A DNA stretch of 64,000 bases from Psilocybe cubensis (GCA_017499595.2 CM039001.1:2418001-2482000), one strand, 5' to 3'; shown: positions 38,150 through 51,078, counted from the stretch's first letter. Notes: generated by a model from the letters alone, not told the origin. Translations and numbers: made by a program.

Positions 38150-41100
38150 TTATACAGCGTCGTCGTCAGGCTCCTCAGAGTCGCCTCTGTCAACAAATAT
38201 AGTCCGCGAATACTCGTCGCTTCTATCTACAATTGCCCACCCCTTTTGTTCTCGATATATTCTTCCAATGACGTTTGTAATTGACTGTAAATCGAGCGCT
38301 ATCATTGCCCGCTTGTCTGATTCCCTGAAGACCGTAAGGGTTTTTGCTGCATTTTGCCCATTTGTTCTGTAGGGAGTCACAACCGCCAGCAGCCGAAGGG
38401 ACCGCTTCCACAAGCCCCAGAAATCATCGCCCGGGACGTTGAATTCGAGAATTAACTCCAAACGTCCGTAACAGATCTCCGCATTCTCGCGTATAACATT
38501 ATTATTCCGGTCCTTTGTTACGCCAAGTAGTTCATACTGGCGGTAAATATCATGCCCGCAGTTAATAATCAGTCACATTTAGGTATTTTTCCAGGAGTAA
38601 GTTGTCAAAAACGCACCTTCACCCAGGATCTGCTTCTTTTATTTCCAATCTCATGCTCTGAATGTACTGCTATCCTATCCCCGCCCATAATCCTGACCTT
38701 TCCCCAACTTACTAACGTCTGAGGAAGCCTTTCTTGGATTGAGCGGGGGCTCTTCTTGATGATTGGACTAATATATTCCGCAATTCTTTGTCTAATGTCA
38801 CGGCTTGGCTTGTACGCTTTGTTTTGTGGCGGCATAAGGATAGAAAGTGGATCTAGTATTATATTTATTTGTTTAGGAAGTTAAAAATATTTTTGTAAAG
38901 CATGATATATATGATATTTATGGTCAACTCACATTGCGCATATAGGTGTTCACGTTCTTTCACTGAATCTCGTGTACTTCGAGAAGGAACCCCGTGCGAC
39001 TTTAAGTCGTACAAGTTGTCAATCATAGACAGATAAGCCCTGTTTATGACAGCGTTATCCAAATTTGCCCATGGACTGACGTGGGATCGAAGCTTGGTTC
39101 TCATAAAACCGCAAAACCGCTCCATCCAAAACGTCCAAGTAGCCCAGACAGGTCCACAATAGCGTATATTATCGCATAAGTGTAGCATGCCGTGAAGAGT
39201 TAATACACACATTGGCAGTCGGTCGTATTTATACTGGTAGTAAAGCCTGCAGACAACATCGAAGACTGACTTTAAATGGGCACTGATTTATGCTTACTTT
39301 TCGTAATCCTGGACCCAGCTTGCAATGCCTATTTCGAGCGCGCTAAGATCCGCACGCGTCATGGTCAAGGCTGTTAACTTTTTCATAATGTTGACCAGTC
39401 GAATGAAGTGATGATAATAGATTTCTTTCTTAAATCTGTCCTTCAGAAGAAACGGGGCAAGGTATATAAACCAAAATGACCATCCCTCTGCATTGAGATA
39501 CTTCTTGTTGTTGTAGGGGTTTCCGAGCGCCCCGACAAAATACGAGGGTATCCACTGGACGGCATATTCAGACTCTTTCGCAATTTCTTCCCATATATGC
39601 CCTGGGATTATGAAGTCATATTCCTCCTCGTCATCAAAGCCCTTGAACCTTCCCAGCCAGAGATCTACAAGATTTTTGACTACATTTAGGAACAAGAGAT
39701 GCATGTAGTCCCAGGGCATCCCCCGAGCGTAGTCCAGTGATTGCACACGCTGAAGTGCAGGCATTCCCTTAATACCCGTTTGCATGGCTATCTCTCCTCG
39801 CCGCTGCGCAGTTGGCGTTTGTAGCATTCTTTCTGTGGTAATTTGCCAGTCGACATGCTTTCGCAGCGGTAAATTCAAAGGATCATAAATTTTCTCTCGA
39901 CGGGTTGCCAACAGCGGCACATAATAGACCCCATTTCTTTTCCCGGCAGGCTTGTAGAGCGCTCCATGGATTCGACATGATCTACACGGACACAAGCCGT
40001 TGTGCCCTTTAATCTTAAGAAATTTTTCCATTGCGACAATATCTCCGGTTGTAAAAATACAATAGGCACGGAGAAGAAAGATACTGCGAGTAATGCAATT
40101 GAAGGTTTTGATGCCTCTGGCTAGCGTCGCCAATTCATCGTCAAAAGGATAGAGGAACGATGTAAGATTTTTGGGGGCGTTTGGCCCTGGAACAACCCCA
40201 AGACAAACCACACGTGCTGAATGAGTCCTAACGTCCGATGGTAAGCTTAAGATTTGCACAAGTATGGGCATCGCGGATGGTCCACTTGGCCTATATTTGT
40301 AGAGGAGGAAGCCGTCCATACATAACGACAGCGCAATATCGGTAGGAGCGGAGAAGTATTTATGTGGAAGCTGTTGTCCGTCAACGACAACGTATGTTCT
40401 ACGCAATTTCTTGTAATGTCCGCAGTCAAACACATCCTCAATATCGTCCGAATCTTCCTTGTTATCGTACATGTTCTGTCTATAAGACAAAAGGTTCGCC
40501 GTTTCTGGATTTGCAAAAAGTGCCTGGAGTTGCGGTGATAGTGGAATATAACGGAAAATTCGACGAGATCTGCCTCGCGAATCAAAGCGTGGTTCCCGGC
40601 AATAAAAACATAGATTGTCGTCCTTGAATTCTCCCGTGTAAGCCTTGCACGAATTAATGCAACAATCGATTATTTGCGGCACAAGGTCTGACAGCTTAGC
40701 CACACGATTAACCGTGGCTTTCCAAGAACTTAACGGCATGCGATGGCCAAAATAGTAGCGCATATCATCATAGACGGCGCGGGAAAAATTTGACATGATT
40801 CGAAACCTGAAAGCCTGTATATGGTCTACGTCCTTTAATGTGAGACTATGGCAACCTGTGAAGCATACAGCTAAGTCAAACGCATACTGAAAATCAAAGA
40901 ATGTCAATAACTTACTATGCTCCATGACATCTATAAGGTCGGAGTTGCTGTCACGATCACTCCAATCTGAAGTGTCCTCTACATTCAGTTCCTCCTCAAG
41001 AGCAATCCTTGCGGCTATTTCGTCTTCCTCCACATATTCAAAGCTAAAGTCGTCTGGGTGGTCGGAAGGTTCGCCGGGACCCTGGGTTGAACCATCACTG

Positions 41101-41879
41101 CCCGTTGTAGAGTTTGAAATTGTGTCGAGGAAATCATCTCTATGGAGAAAATTGTCTGAACTAACAGGGCTCTCAAGGCCATTGTCGCTTCTAGCGGGTG
41201 TTTCCTCGTTCAATCGTTGGATTGGAATGTGAGGGCTTGTATCTTTGGCCTCATCCTCATCCTCATCCATTTGATGAAGTAAACCATCACTATAGTGCGA
41301 ATTTTCCAGGCTGACAGGGGTATCAAGGCCGTCATCCCTTCTTGGAGGAATATCCACATCCAATCGCAGGATTGAAGGCTGAGGGCTGGTATTATTTTGG
41401 GGTTCATCCTCATCCATTCGATGAAGGTCGCAGTTAACACGAAATTTACCTTCCGGAAGACGGCGCTGCTCATCCTCATCCATCTCACTAAGCTCTTCAT
41501 TAACATTATATTCAGCTTGGGATATATCTGAACGGCCCCCAGCGCCCGACGAATCTTGTTCTATTAATAGGTCTGAGTCGTTATCACCTCGATATCTGTG
41601 AAGTACTATAGATCAACGGTCCAAGTTTAATGCGATTTTGATAAATACAACATACTGTGGACTATGATTTGAACGATTTATAGCGTCGGTAGAATAATCA
41701 GTTTCCTCCTCAGTGTCGGGGGGTGGTGTCCTTCCAACCATCCTGTAATGTTTAGCCCGAGTTTGACGCGAAATGGGCTTTCCCATACTACGGCAGTTGA
41801 GTGCGCAACCACAAAGCACCTTTCCAGTTCTTTTGCGGCGGCGAGTCTGACGACGCTTGCGATGGGTAGTGCGACGCAT
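38150..41879 (-). CDS. CACTA/En-Spm (Transposase_21, TnpD-like) DDE transposase, apparently intact, with introns
   Basis: N-terminal CxCxxxC...H, DCCINSCKAYTG..C.YCREPR, YIPLSPQLQALF, IALSLCMDGF, GPNAPKNLTSFLYP, GDIVA, GHNGLCPCRSC, DYMHLLFLN, LHGMLHL, GPVWATWTFWMERFCG; 729-aa uninterrupted core ORF. Confidence 0.92.
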
Positions 41880-42118
41880 CGATAACTAACTTTACATACG
41901 AGTATATATGAATTAAATTGAAAACACGATACACCATGCGTGAAAGCGACGTACTTGTGTACGAATTCAGTACGGAATGTTCTTATCAAATTTCTCGATC
42001 CTATCTATATACTGGTGCTGTGTACTACTGAAGTTTACTAATTGTCGTTCGTTTCATTATAGTGTTAGAAGGGAAAGGAAGAAACCCTTCAACCACGTGC
42101 AAAGCAGGAGTAAGTACG

Positions 42119-42169
42119 CCGCTATTTCGAAATCCATGCCGAGCATCGGCATGGATTTCGAAATAGCGG
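42119..42169. repeat. Perfect hairpin (24-bp arms, 3-nt loop), copy 2
   Basis: ccgctatttcgaaatccatgccga-gca-tcggcatggatttcgaaatagcgg; the core is identical to the hairpin at 33024. Confidence 0.95.
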
Positions 42170-43286
42170 TGTATAAGTTTACGGCTGCGAAACCGTGGCA
42201 CGTTTTAGCAACTTACTCCTTCCCATTCTGGTACAGACGCAACAGTACAGCAGAAATCACCTGGAAGCTCGTCACTTGCAGGATAGACATAGTATGGTAA
42301 GTAATTCGTGTCTCCAAAGTATTCGCCTCTTACCATTTCTCGGCGCAAGCTTCTTGGATACCAGGCGGAGGAGGGGCAGTTATGGGCGTAGATGTGCTTT
42401 TTGTCGACAACAGCACTTGCGGAACAGTGACACAATCAGCAGTGGGAGGGGCGGAAGATGCGGGGCTTGCTCATCTTAAATTCCTGAACGACATCCAGCT
42501 GATAGAGACAACTCACCACCGTCAGCACCTCCCTTGGACAATGGGTCAGCCGCAAATGACTCATCTAGTATAGCTAGTATTCTATGATATAGACAGAGAA
42601 AAGATGGCTGCGGCATTATCATAGTTATCCAAATAGTCAGGTATATTGTAACTACACAATCAAATTATCTTGTAAGCTGCTTGTCTCATTCTTTAGAACA
42701 AGCCTCGTCTGCACCCACGGACTCTCGCCTCCATCCCAATATATAGGCCGGACTGCTTGTTGAATCTTGCCCATCCTGCTCCCTGACGACGAGCGGCACA
42801 TTGCTGCCTATCTTTGTCAGTTATAGGCTTGTAAATTGCGGTATTGAGTCAACATCCTGAACGACCGTTATGGCTCACTCACTGAAGGGCCCAGTCTTAC
42901 GCAGAGGTCAGTCGTACTCCCTCTGCTTTCTAACTCTTTACTAACCTTCGTATAAGAATGTAAACCTACCACGACGCTTTTCTTTGCTGCATGCGGCATC
43001 TATCGCTGGTGTGCGGTCGGCTTAAAGTACTAAGACTGCGGTGGATCTGGATGTGATGAGTGCAGGCGGGATATGGCAACGTGCCCCCATCTCATAGGGT
43101 AAGCCGCCCGCGCCGCATATACCAGCGCACATAGTGATGCTTGCTGAGCCAGATTCCGGGGTTGGGACAGGGTGGAGAAGAAGGTATGGGTGGGGAGGTG
43201 GGCAGGATGCAAGGGATGGCGGTGCCTTATCTTCTCGCGTTAGGGATGTTTGGGAGGGTGTACGTGCTTTTTCTGTCATATACCCA

Positions 43287-43860
43287 ACGGCGTCTCGTAA
43301 ATCTCCTCTAAGAGACCGTTTGCTTTCAAATTCTCCAGATCCCATCAAATCGTCTATCTTGCGCGAATCAGGAATGGGGTGGAATACACCAACATTGAAT
43401 GGCTCTATTCAACCTTCCGGGAGTACAGGTCTATAACCTCTCCACTTCGCATTGCCAAACAAGATTCTCCCAGTGGTCGTGTTCGAGGTCCTGCCGTGGC
43501 TCGCAGAACCTCGTCTAGCTACCGATATGTTCATAACAACAACCTTGTGTCCAATTCTCCATTCAAGTCACTGATACCAACGCCATTGACCCCATCTACA
43601 CGGCCGCCTCCTATTTCATTTCCGACGAGGAAATATCTGGTGAAAAACACCCACGCCCCTCATCGATGCACGAACTAGGAAGCAAAGCAAAACATTCCAG
43701 GGTCTTATCGACAAAGAACCAGTTACCAAGAGTCCATTTCGTATTCAACAGAAACAGCCTGTTTCCCAGCCCCCGAAGCCTCCCCTCGCTCCCATTCAAA
43801 ACGAACAATCAACTTTATTTTCAACCCCACCCGCGCCGTCACATATTTCACCCCCGGTCT
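43287..43860 (+). pseudogene. Degenerate 5' fragment of a host gene, possibly the Bud4/anillin-like N-terminus
   Basis: ASRKSPLRD...SSILRESGMGW, PLRIAKQDSP, RRTSSSYRYVHNNNLVSNSPFKS, SGEK.PRPSSMHE, RKQSKTFQGLIDKEPVTKSPF, split across frames. The family call is from memory only. Confidence 0.4.
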
Positions 43861-43889
43861 CTACACCCAATAATGGTCCATCTCCTGGT

Positions 43890-45595
43890 CGCATGGTTCG
43901 TCGTCGAATGCGACTAGCCCTGTGCTTTCGACTAGTACGTTGCAGACTACGCCTTCGCCTCCGCCGCTTAGCGATGAGGGCTTGGGATCAGGGTCAGGGT
44001 CTGGGGCGGGGTTGGTTAGTAGGAAGGAGATGGAAGGATAGCACACCCAGCAGCATACCCAGCACACCCAGCAACAGCAGCGCACTAGTACTCAACGCAC
44101 AGGGACTGGTGCCCGTACTAGCACTGGCACTGGCAATGGTGTCCAGCGCACCAACGCAGAAGGACCACGGCTTATCCCTGTCGACCCAGTCCGCGCCACC
44201 CCGCACCTCCTTGCAAAAATCCCGTATGTGCCCGTGACGATTGCGCATTTGCCGCAGGATAGTTTGGAGGCGCTTAGATCTGTACGTCTTGGCTGTTAAT
44301 TGTTTGTTTGTTTTCTTGAGCACTTTCTGATGATGGATTGGTTGGTTGGTTTTTGGTCTTTTTAGGCATGGCGCGAGGCATGTGCGCCGCTTTATCATTG
44401 TTGTCGTAGTGTGTGTGAGCGTGCGAAGGTGGTTGAGATGAGTGCACGCCCTGCTGCTGCTGCTATGGGTTCGTAGCAGGGTGTTGTACCGCGGGTCGCA
44501 TCAGGCGGTGTACCCGACGCCGAATGTTCCGCCGCTGCAGCATGCGGGCGATGAGATTGTGTTAAAGGAGGATGAGGACGATGGCGTCGATGGCGTCGAG
44601 TTGGATACAGATATGGAGATGGAGATGGGGATGGGGAGGGTGAGGAGGAGGTTGATTATGATGTTTTGGATTATGAGGATGAGGATGAGGAGCAGGAGGA
44701 GCAGGAGGAGCAGGATGAAGAGGAGGAGGAGGAAAGGGAAGAAGTGCAGGAGGAGGAGGAGGAGGAGGAGGAGTACGACCCCGACCATGACCATGGCCAT
44801 GCGGCGGAGAGGTATCGGTACTCTGGCTCTGTCTCTGTCTCTGTTTCTTCGAGTGTAGCTGTACCCGCTATATACTACTACCACCACCACCGCTACTACC
44901 ACAACTACCACCACCACAACCACCGCCACCACAACTACAACCACCGCTGCTGATATCCACACTCCGACGTATAGATCGGTCCCTGCCCCAACCCCGCTCT
45001 TCGCACAGCGCCCATTGCGCAAGAGGTCATCTGATGAGCTTAATGATGATGGAGATGGAGAGGGTGATGCGGGGTACGATACGGCGAGTAGAAGTAGCGA
45101 GACGCTTTCGTCTTCGTGGGTGTCTAGTGCTGGAGCCGGTGCGGGGGATAATGGGCGAGAGAATCAAGGGGATAATAGAGGGGTGTTTGACCTGTTGATG
45201 TTGCTGTGGGTGTGGGTGTAAATGTGGTGGCGCCGGAGCTTGTGATGAGGCCGAGGAAACGGAGTAGTGAGGAGTTGGATGATGAGCATGAACGTGAACG
45301 CGGGCGTGAGCGTGGGAGTGAAGAGAGGGTACCGTGTCGGGGAACATACCATAACGACAACCACAACCACAACGACACATATAGCCTCCACAACCACCAA
45401 CGTATCCGGGTGCACGCGCCGCTTTCGCCGTCGTCTGAGAGCCCGCGCAGTAGAAGGCGGAGCGGGAGTGTGTATTATTCATCGTCTGCCGATGCGGAGG
45501 AAGGTGATCGGGATGTGGTGTTTTCTGAGGTGGGCGATGGCGATGTTGATGTTGATGTGCATGTGGATGGGGATGGGGACGATATCTCAGGGGAC
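43890..45595 (+). pseudogene. Degenerate fragment of an uncharacterised host gene with acidic/low-complexity tracts; one intron retained (about 44282-44365)
   Basis: IPYVPVTIAHLPQDSLEALRS|AWREACAPLYHCCRSVCERA across a GT-AG intron, then poly-Glu, two RKRSS(D/E)EL motifs, in-frame stops and frameshifts. Confidence 0.5.
44660..44950. repeat. GAG- and CAC/ACC-rich trinucleotide low-complexity tracts
   Basis: gaggaggaggagg... (about 44676-44775) and ccaccaccacc/actaccac... (about 44875-44945). Confidence 0.8.
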
Positions 45596-45902
45596 GAATT
45601 TCTCGATGTTGCCTCGGAGTGGCTGGACGACGCTAAGAAGGCGATTCTGAAAGGGAAGAAAAACCTTGACAAGTGGTTCCATGATGGAAGAGAATTCATA
45701 AAGCGAGATAATTTGCTCTGTAAGTCATTGTCAGATTCCTCATAATGCGATACATACTGATCGTGTTGTTCTTTTCTCTTAGACGAATATATTACGCATC
45801 CTGAATTCCAGAAATATGATTTGAGGGTGACGGAACCCAAGCTTTGTGACCCAACCGTCAAGCAATTGTCAGGGTATCTCGACATTGCTGAAGACAAGCA
45901 TG
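45596..45902 (+). pseudogene. Captured fragment of a serine carboxypeptidase (S10, carboxypeptidase Y-like) propeptide/N-terminus with intron (about 45720-45782)
   Basis: ASEWLDDAKKAILKGKKNLDKWFHDGREFIKRDNLL|YEYITHPEFQKYDLRVTEPKLCDPTVKQLSGYLDIAEDKH, followed by an abrupt break and a stop. Confidence 0.8.
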
Positions 45903-46096
45903 GAGAGTGAGGAGATGCCGTATGTCCCTCCGCCGCTGCCGGCGCATTTACGTCGCCAGCGGCAGGGCCAGCAGTTTCAGCCAAGGAGCACGATTGGGAG
46001 TAGGTATAAGACTGCGATGATACCTACGCCGACGGCGAGGACGAGGACGACAGCGGCAACGAGGACGGCAACGAGGACGAGGACGGCAACCAGAAG

Positions 46097-46843
<747 letters not shown>

Positions 46844-46961
46844 GGTGTGGTGCGTGTGCGAGACGACGGGATTGTGTGGGCGAGGTGGGATGTGCTCAAC
46901 GATCGGTATAACTATTTTATTTTATTTTTCTTTCTTCCTCGCTAATGCTTTTTTAAATCTT

Positions 46962-49254
46962 TAGACGGGTCCTCGTAGTCGCCTATCCGTCGGCCCTGCA
47001 GATATGGGATACGTATGATCTGAAAGCTATTAGGGAGGTCGTACGGCTGCGATTCGATGCTTCTGCTCCTTCTGGCACGCAGACGCAGTGGAGTGCGCTT
47101 TTCGCTCTTGGTAGGGAACCGATGGGTACAGTAAAGGGCCAGGTTGCCGGTCATGGTGTCGGTGGTAGGATAGGGTCGGGAAGAGACGGTTTTACGATCC
47201 GCGTTGCACATGCGGTTATCCTTCCTGCTACCAGCCGGCGAGCGAAGGCTGCGACGCGCGACAAGGACGTGTTTGAGGATGAGAGGCCATTGCTTGGTGT
47301 GTTACTTGAAGCGGAGGCGGCGGAAGAGGATGGTAATGCGGGAGTTGAGTCTGTGACGGAAGTGGTATTTGTGGTGTATTCGCTTCGGACACATCGGGTG
47401 GTGAAGCATGTACCGCTCTCTGGGGTTCCTGATTTTGGGAGTCGTGCGGGTACTTTTGATGTTAGCAAGGATTTCGTAGTCCTTGTAAGTTACTACTTCT
47501 CCTTTATTCTCTTTGAGTTTGTTGATTTTCTTTGCTTTGTCTAGAGCACGAAGAGCCCACCAACACTACATATTCTTTCGTCCGCGACATTCCGGAGGCT
47601 TCACACTATCCACTCAACGTCCCTGGAAGCGTTCACAAGGCCCCCGCGCTTACCTCCTCCTACCCCACATGGCTCAGAAATGAATGTGGATGTAGCAGGT
47701 ATCAACACCGCCACAGGAGGACCTCCCAGCGTGCATGCAGACGCAGCAACCGGAAAGTCCAGAACAGGCGCCTTTTCATCGGGCCTCTCATTGTCCATTG
47801 CCTCGAACGCGCTGTATGCTCCTGGGAGCCGCAGTAGCACGCCTGCTTCTGTCAATCCTAGTGGAAATGCTGAGCAAGCTGATGGATCAGCCTCTGTGCC
47901 AGTAGTGTACCCCTCTCCCGTGTTTGCCCTGTCTGGAAGACTCCTGGCGTATGCATCGCCCGTCCCTGGGCGCAGCACGGGGGCTAGTGGAGGAGATGCC
48001 GGCTCTATGTCTCCAGGGGGTGTTGGTGGCGTCGGCTCGTCCCCTTCTCCGTCATCCTTCCTCGGTGTCGGTACCGGTATCACTTCAGGTATTAGCAAAG
48101 CCTCTCGCAGGCTCTCGTCATCGTCATCAGCGTCTGTACACTCGAACGCACCGTCCAGCGCGTCATCGTCGTCCGCGCCCTTCGGGTTAAGCGCTATAAG
48201 TGGGATTGGGGCAAGTATCCCGCGCACACAGGCGGAGGTGGGGCATGCTGCGCTGAGGGTCGGAGAGAGCGTGGTGAGTGGTATGCGGTTTTTGGGTGGT
48301 ATGGCGGTGGATGCTGCGCGTAGCCGGGTGGGCGCTGGCGTGGGAGGTGGTGTGCCAGTCAGGCAGGGTACACCTGTTGGTGCAGGGCGGGCGGGCGGAA
48401 GTGTTAGTGGAGGAGGGAATGGGAGGTACATCTCGAGAAGTGCACCGGATAATGCGGAGGATGTGGATGATTCTGCGGCTGCGCAAGCTTTGCGTGAGCG
48501 CAGGTACTCCGCCAACGCGCCAGCCGCTGTTGGAAGTGTTCCGTCGTTCTCGTCGTATGTCAGTTCGCATGCCGTCGCACCACATACGACGGGCGTGGTT
48601 GAACATGGGCATTATGTGACGGTGCTGGATTTAGCACCGCTCCTGGACTCCAACTCTAGCGGGGTAGATGGATCTGGACTCGATCTGGAGAGCACTGTGA
48701 AGAACATACACGACGTCGACGTTGTCTATAATGACGAACTTGTCGACGACATGCGCCCAATCCGGACCCCTATGAAGATCGATGAATTCAATGCGTCGCG
48801 CAGCCAGCCCGTTGCAGGTCTCTGCTTCGCGCAAGATGGGACAAGCGTGGGCGTGATCACGCGCGACGGGCACCGTGTCAAAGTATTCAGGCTCCGCCCC
48901 GTGCCGTCCGTCGTGCGTCTAGGAGAAAGGAACACATCGTCAGAATTGGTGGAGGAAACTGGTTTGCAGGAGACACCACATGGCCCGCGTGCTGCGCAGG
49001 TGTATGACTTGTATCGCGGACGCACGTCTGCTGTGGTGGAGGGTGTGTATTGGGCGAAAGACGGCAGGTGGGTTGCGGTTGGTACTCGAAATAGGACTGT
49101 TCATGTGTTCGCGACGAACCCCTACGGCGGAGAGACTGATTTACGAAGCCACATGGAGGGGAGGGTTAGAAATGTGGATGTGATTGTGAGTTTTGTTCTT
49201 TCCTTTATACCGTGCAGGCAGTATTTTTCAGCCTTGACTATGAGCGACTCGTAG
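46962..49254 (+). pseudogene. Captured internal fragment of a BCAS3-like WD40/PROPPIN-related gene
   Basis: VYSLRTHRVVK, STKSPPTLHILSS, PVFALSGRLLAYASP, LCFAQDGTSV...GHRVKVFRLRP, YDLYRGRTSAVVEGVYWAKDGRWVAVGTRNRTVHVFATNPYGG; no recognisable true start or C-terminal exons. Confidence 0.65.
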
Positions 49255-49688
49255 CCGCTCGTCATGCTTCTCGATCCGCCCTACACTACAGTACCGCCAT
49301 CCATCAAATAACGAGAAGTTTTCGGGATGTGACGAGTGTTGAGTGAGTGAGGAATGACGTTTAGTCCAGCTTATTTCAGGTCCTACAGCAGGTCATGCTA
49401 GGACATTTAATCACAATGACATATTTATCAAGAAAAAATATCGTAGAATAGTACAAATGGCTGGTAAGATAAACTACACAGGAATTTATTTACAAGAATA
49501 CGAAAGCAGAAAGCAATACGAGAGCATGAAGGAAGAATAGGATACTACCATGTCCAAACAAGAAATACAAGAAATGAATGAGGTACGGTATTACGTCGAA
49601 AGAGAAACTCGTTCTTCATTAGCGACGCGTGCACAAAGGACGGTACAATGTGCTGAGGCTGCGTTGTTGGGACAGGCTAAGTAATGAA

Positions 49689-49842
49689 GGGCCCTATGTG
49701 TTGTATGGGTCCACGGGATAAGTGTTGGGGAGTAATGGACGCGAATGGGCGCGGTAGTTTCGTCGCAAACGGGCCTTACGCGTCGTATGGGTCCACGGGA
49801 TAAGTGGTGGGGAGTAGTGAGCGCGAATGGGCGCGGCGGTTT
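49689..49842. repeat. Two-copy tandem duplication with a period of about 82 bp
   Basis: gggccctatgtgttgtatgggtccacgggataagtg... (49689) versus gggccttacgcgtcgtatgggtccacgggataagtg... (49771). Confidence 0.85.
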
Positions 49843-50224
49843 TGTCGAAAACGTGGGACCGAGCTAGTGGGTGATTGTCTGTCGCTGTGGTCCTCAACGT
49901 GCACCGACGACTCTGTAGAGGAGTTAGCAACTTGATTTTGTTAGAGAATATCAAAGCAGACGCACCGTCTACATGTGAACCCGTCTCGACGTTCCTTCTC
50001 AATCTCCTATCCCTCAACCGCTCGTACAAATTTTCTCTGATCTTCTCCGGTAGAATTTTCTGGCATCGGTTGTAGAGCCAGTCGCGGGCTTTCTCGATAG
50101 GGGCCATAATGTCGCCGAGGAACGTTAGGACGATGCACAATATCCCGCCAATGAAGATTGGGACTACCATCAGGAGGTTGAAGTAGTGCGTCGCTTTGTC
50201 CACAGGGATGTGCAAATCGGGCAT
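49694..50224 (-). CDS. Small single-TM cargo protein of unknown function
   Basis: MPDLHIPVDKATHYFNLLMVVPIFIGGILCIVLTFLGDIMAP... has a hydrophobic stretch followed by a basic region; 3' exon structure uncertain. Confidence 0.45.
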   Translation of the reverse strand: MPDLHIPVDKATHYFNLLMVVPIFIGGILCIVLTFLGDIMAPIEKARDWLYNRCQKILPEKIRENLYERLRDRRLRRNVETGSHVDGASALIFSNKIKLLTPLQSRRCTLRTTATDNHPLARSHVFDKTAAPIRAHYSPPLIPWTHTTRKARLRRNYRAHSRPLLPNTYPVDPYNT

Positions 50225-50535
50225 GATCAGTTGAGTGAGAAAATTAGGATGATAAGAGCGGTTGAAGGAGTTGGTTTGAGGGAGGTTGTGAGGGAGGTGG
50301 AGGTTTGGAGAAGAGATCTGTATGTGGATGCTGTGCAGGTGAGCAGGGTTTTGTAGGGCTCTTACCAAACGTTGACAAACGAATCGGTTCTCGCGCTCAC
50401 CCAGCGACTTCGAGCTCTCGAAGGCCATGTACTAGAGCACATCTCTTTCGTTTACTCTACCTGTCTGAAGCGTCATCTTACGGTTTTTCTTAGCGCCCAT
50501 TTTTGTTACTTACATATGTAAAATTACCTGTATCA

Positions 50536-50600
50536 CGCGCACCTAAATTTGCTGATTTGAAGCGCACCTAAATATGTAGTATCGAAAGCGCACTAAATAT
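50536..50600 (-). repeat. Right subterminal repeats (3 copies), inverted relative to the left array
   Basis: gcgcacctaaat, aagcgcacctaaatatg and aagcgcactaaatata; the reverse complement catatttaggtgcgctt resembles the left-end units catattttagtgcttt and catattttggcgctt. Confidence 0.65.
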
Positions 50601-50973
50601 AGCTATCTAGCTAACAGTGTATCCAATACTCCACTAAGTACCGTTTAGTTTCCGAGAAAATCTGATGTATTGCTACAGTACTAATAATAATTTTTTCATT
50701 CACACCAAAATATCTTCTTTTCGTCATATCAGCTATTCTTACTGGTTCCAAAACGCCAAGCGATCATGTTTCAACTTTCAGCATGGGGAAAGATGATTAG
50801 ATCAATGATTATCATTGTGAAATTTGTCATTGTAATTTTCAACAGCATGTTTTAGTGTACAAACGGAGTAATTGCCGTTCCCTCAGTATATTTTGATGTT
50901 CCGGAGTCCCACAGTGAGGCATCAAATTAGCCTTCATAGTCTCCGTTTTAGGCAAGGTCTAAATGAGCAGTAA

Positions 50974-50981
50974 TGACGTCA
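50974..50981. promoter_or_regulatory. CRE/ATF-type palindrome TGACGTCA upstream of coiled-coil paralog 2
   Basis: TGACGTCAAGCCCCT, similar to TGACGTCATGGCCCCT upstream of paralog 1; about 57 bp outside the right TIR. Confidence 0.4.
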
Positions 50982-51078
50982 AGCCCCTCACAGACACCCA
51001 AAAGACGGCAGCCTGCCTGGAATTCTATAGCTACCCCACTACTACTCCAACTTCAGCCAAGAGTAACACCACATACAC

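Noticed and set aside
44442-45650. Overlapping poly-Val/Leu/Arg/His ORFs on both strands
   Set aside because: Alternative-frame readings of trinucleotide low-complexity tracts, not independent genes.
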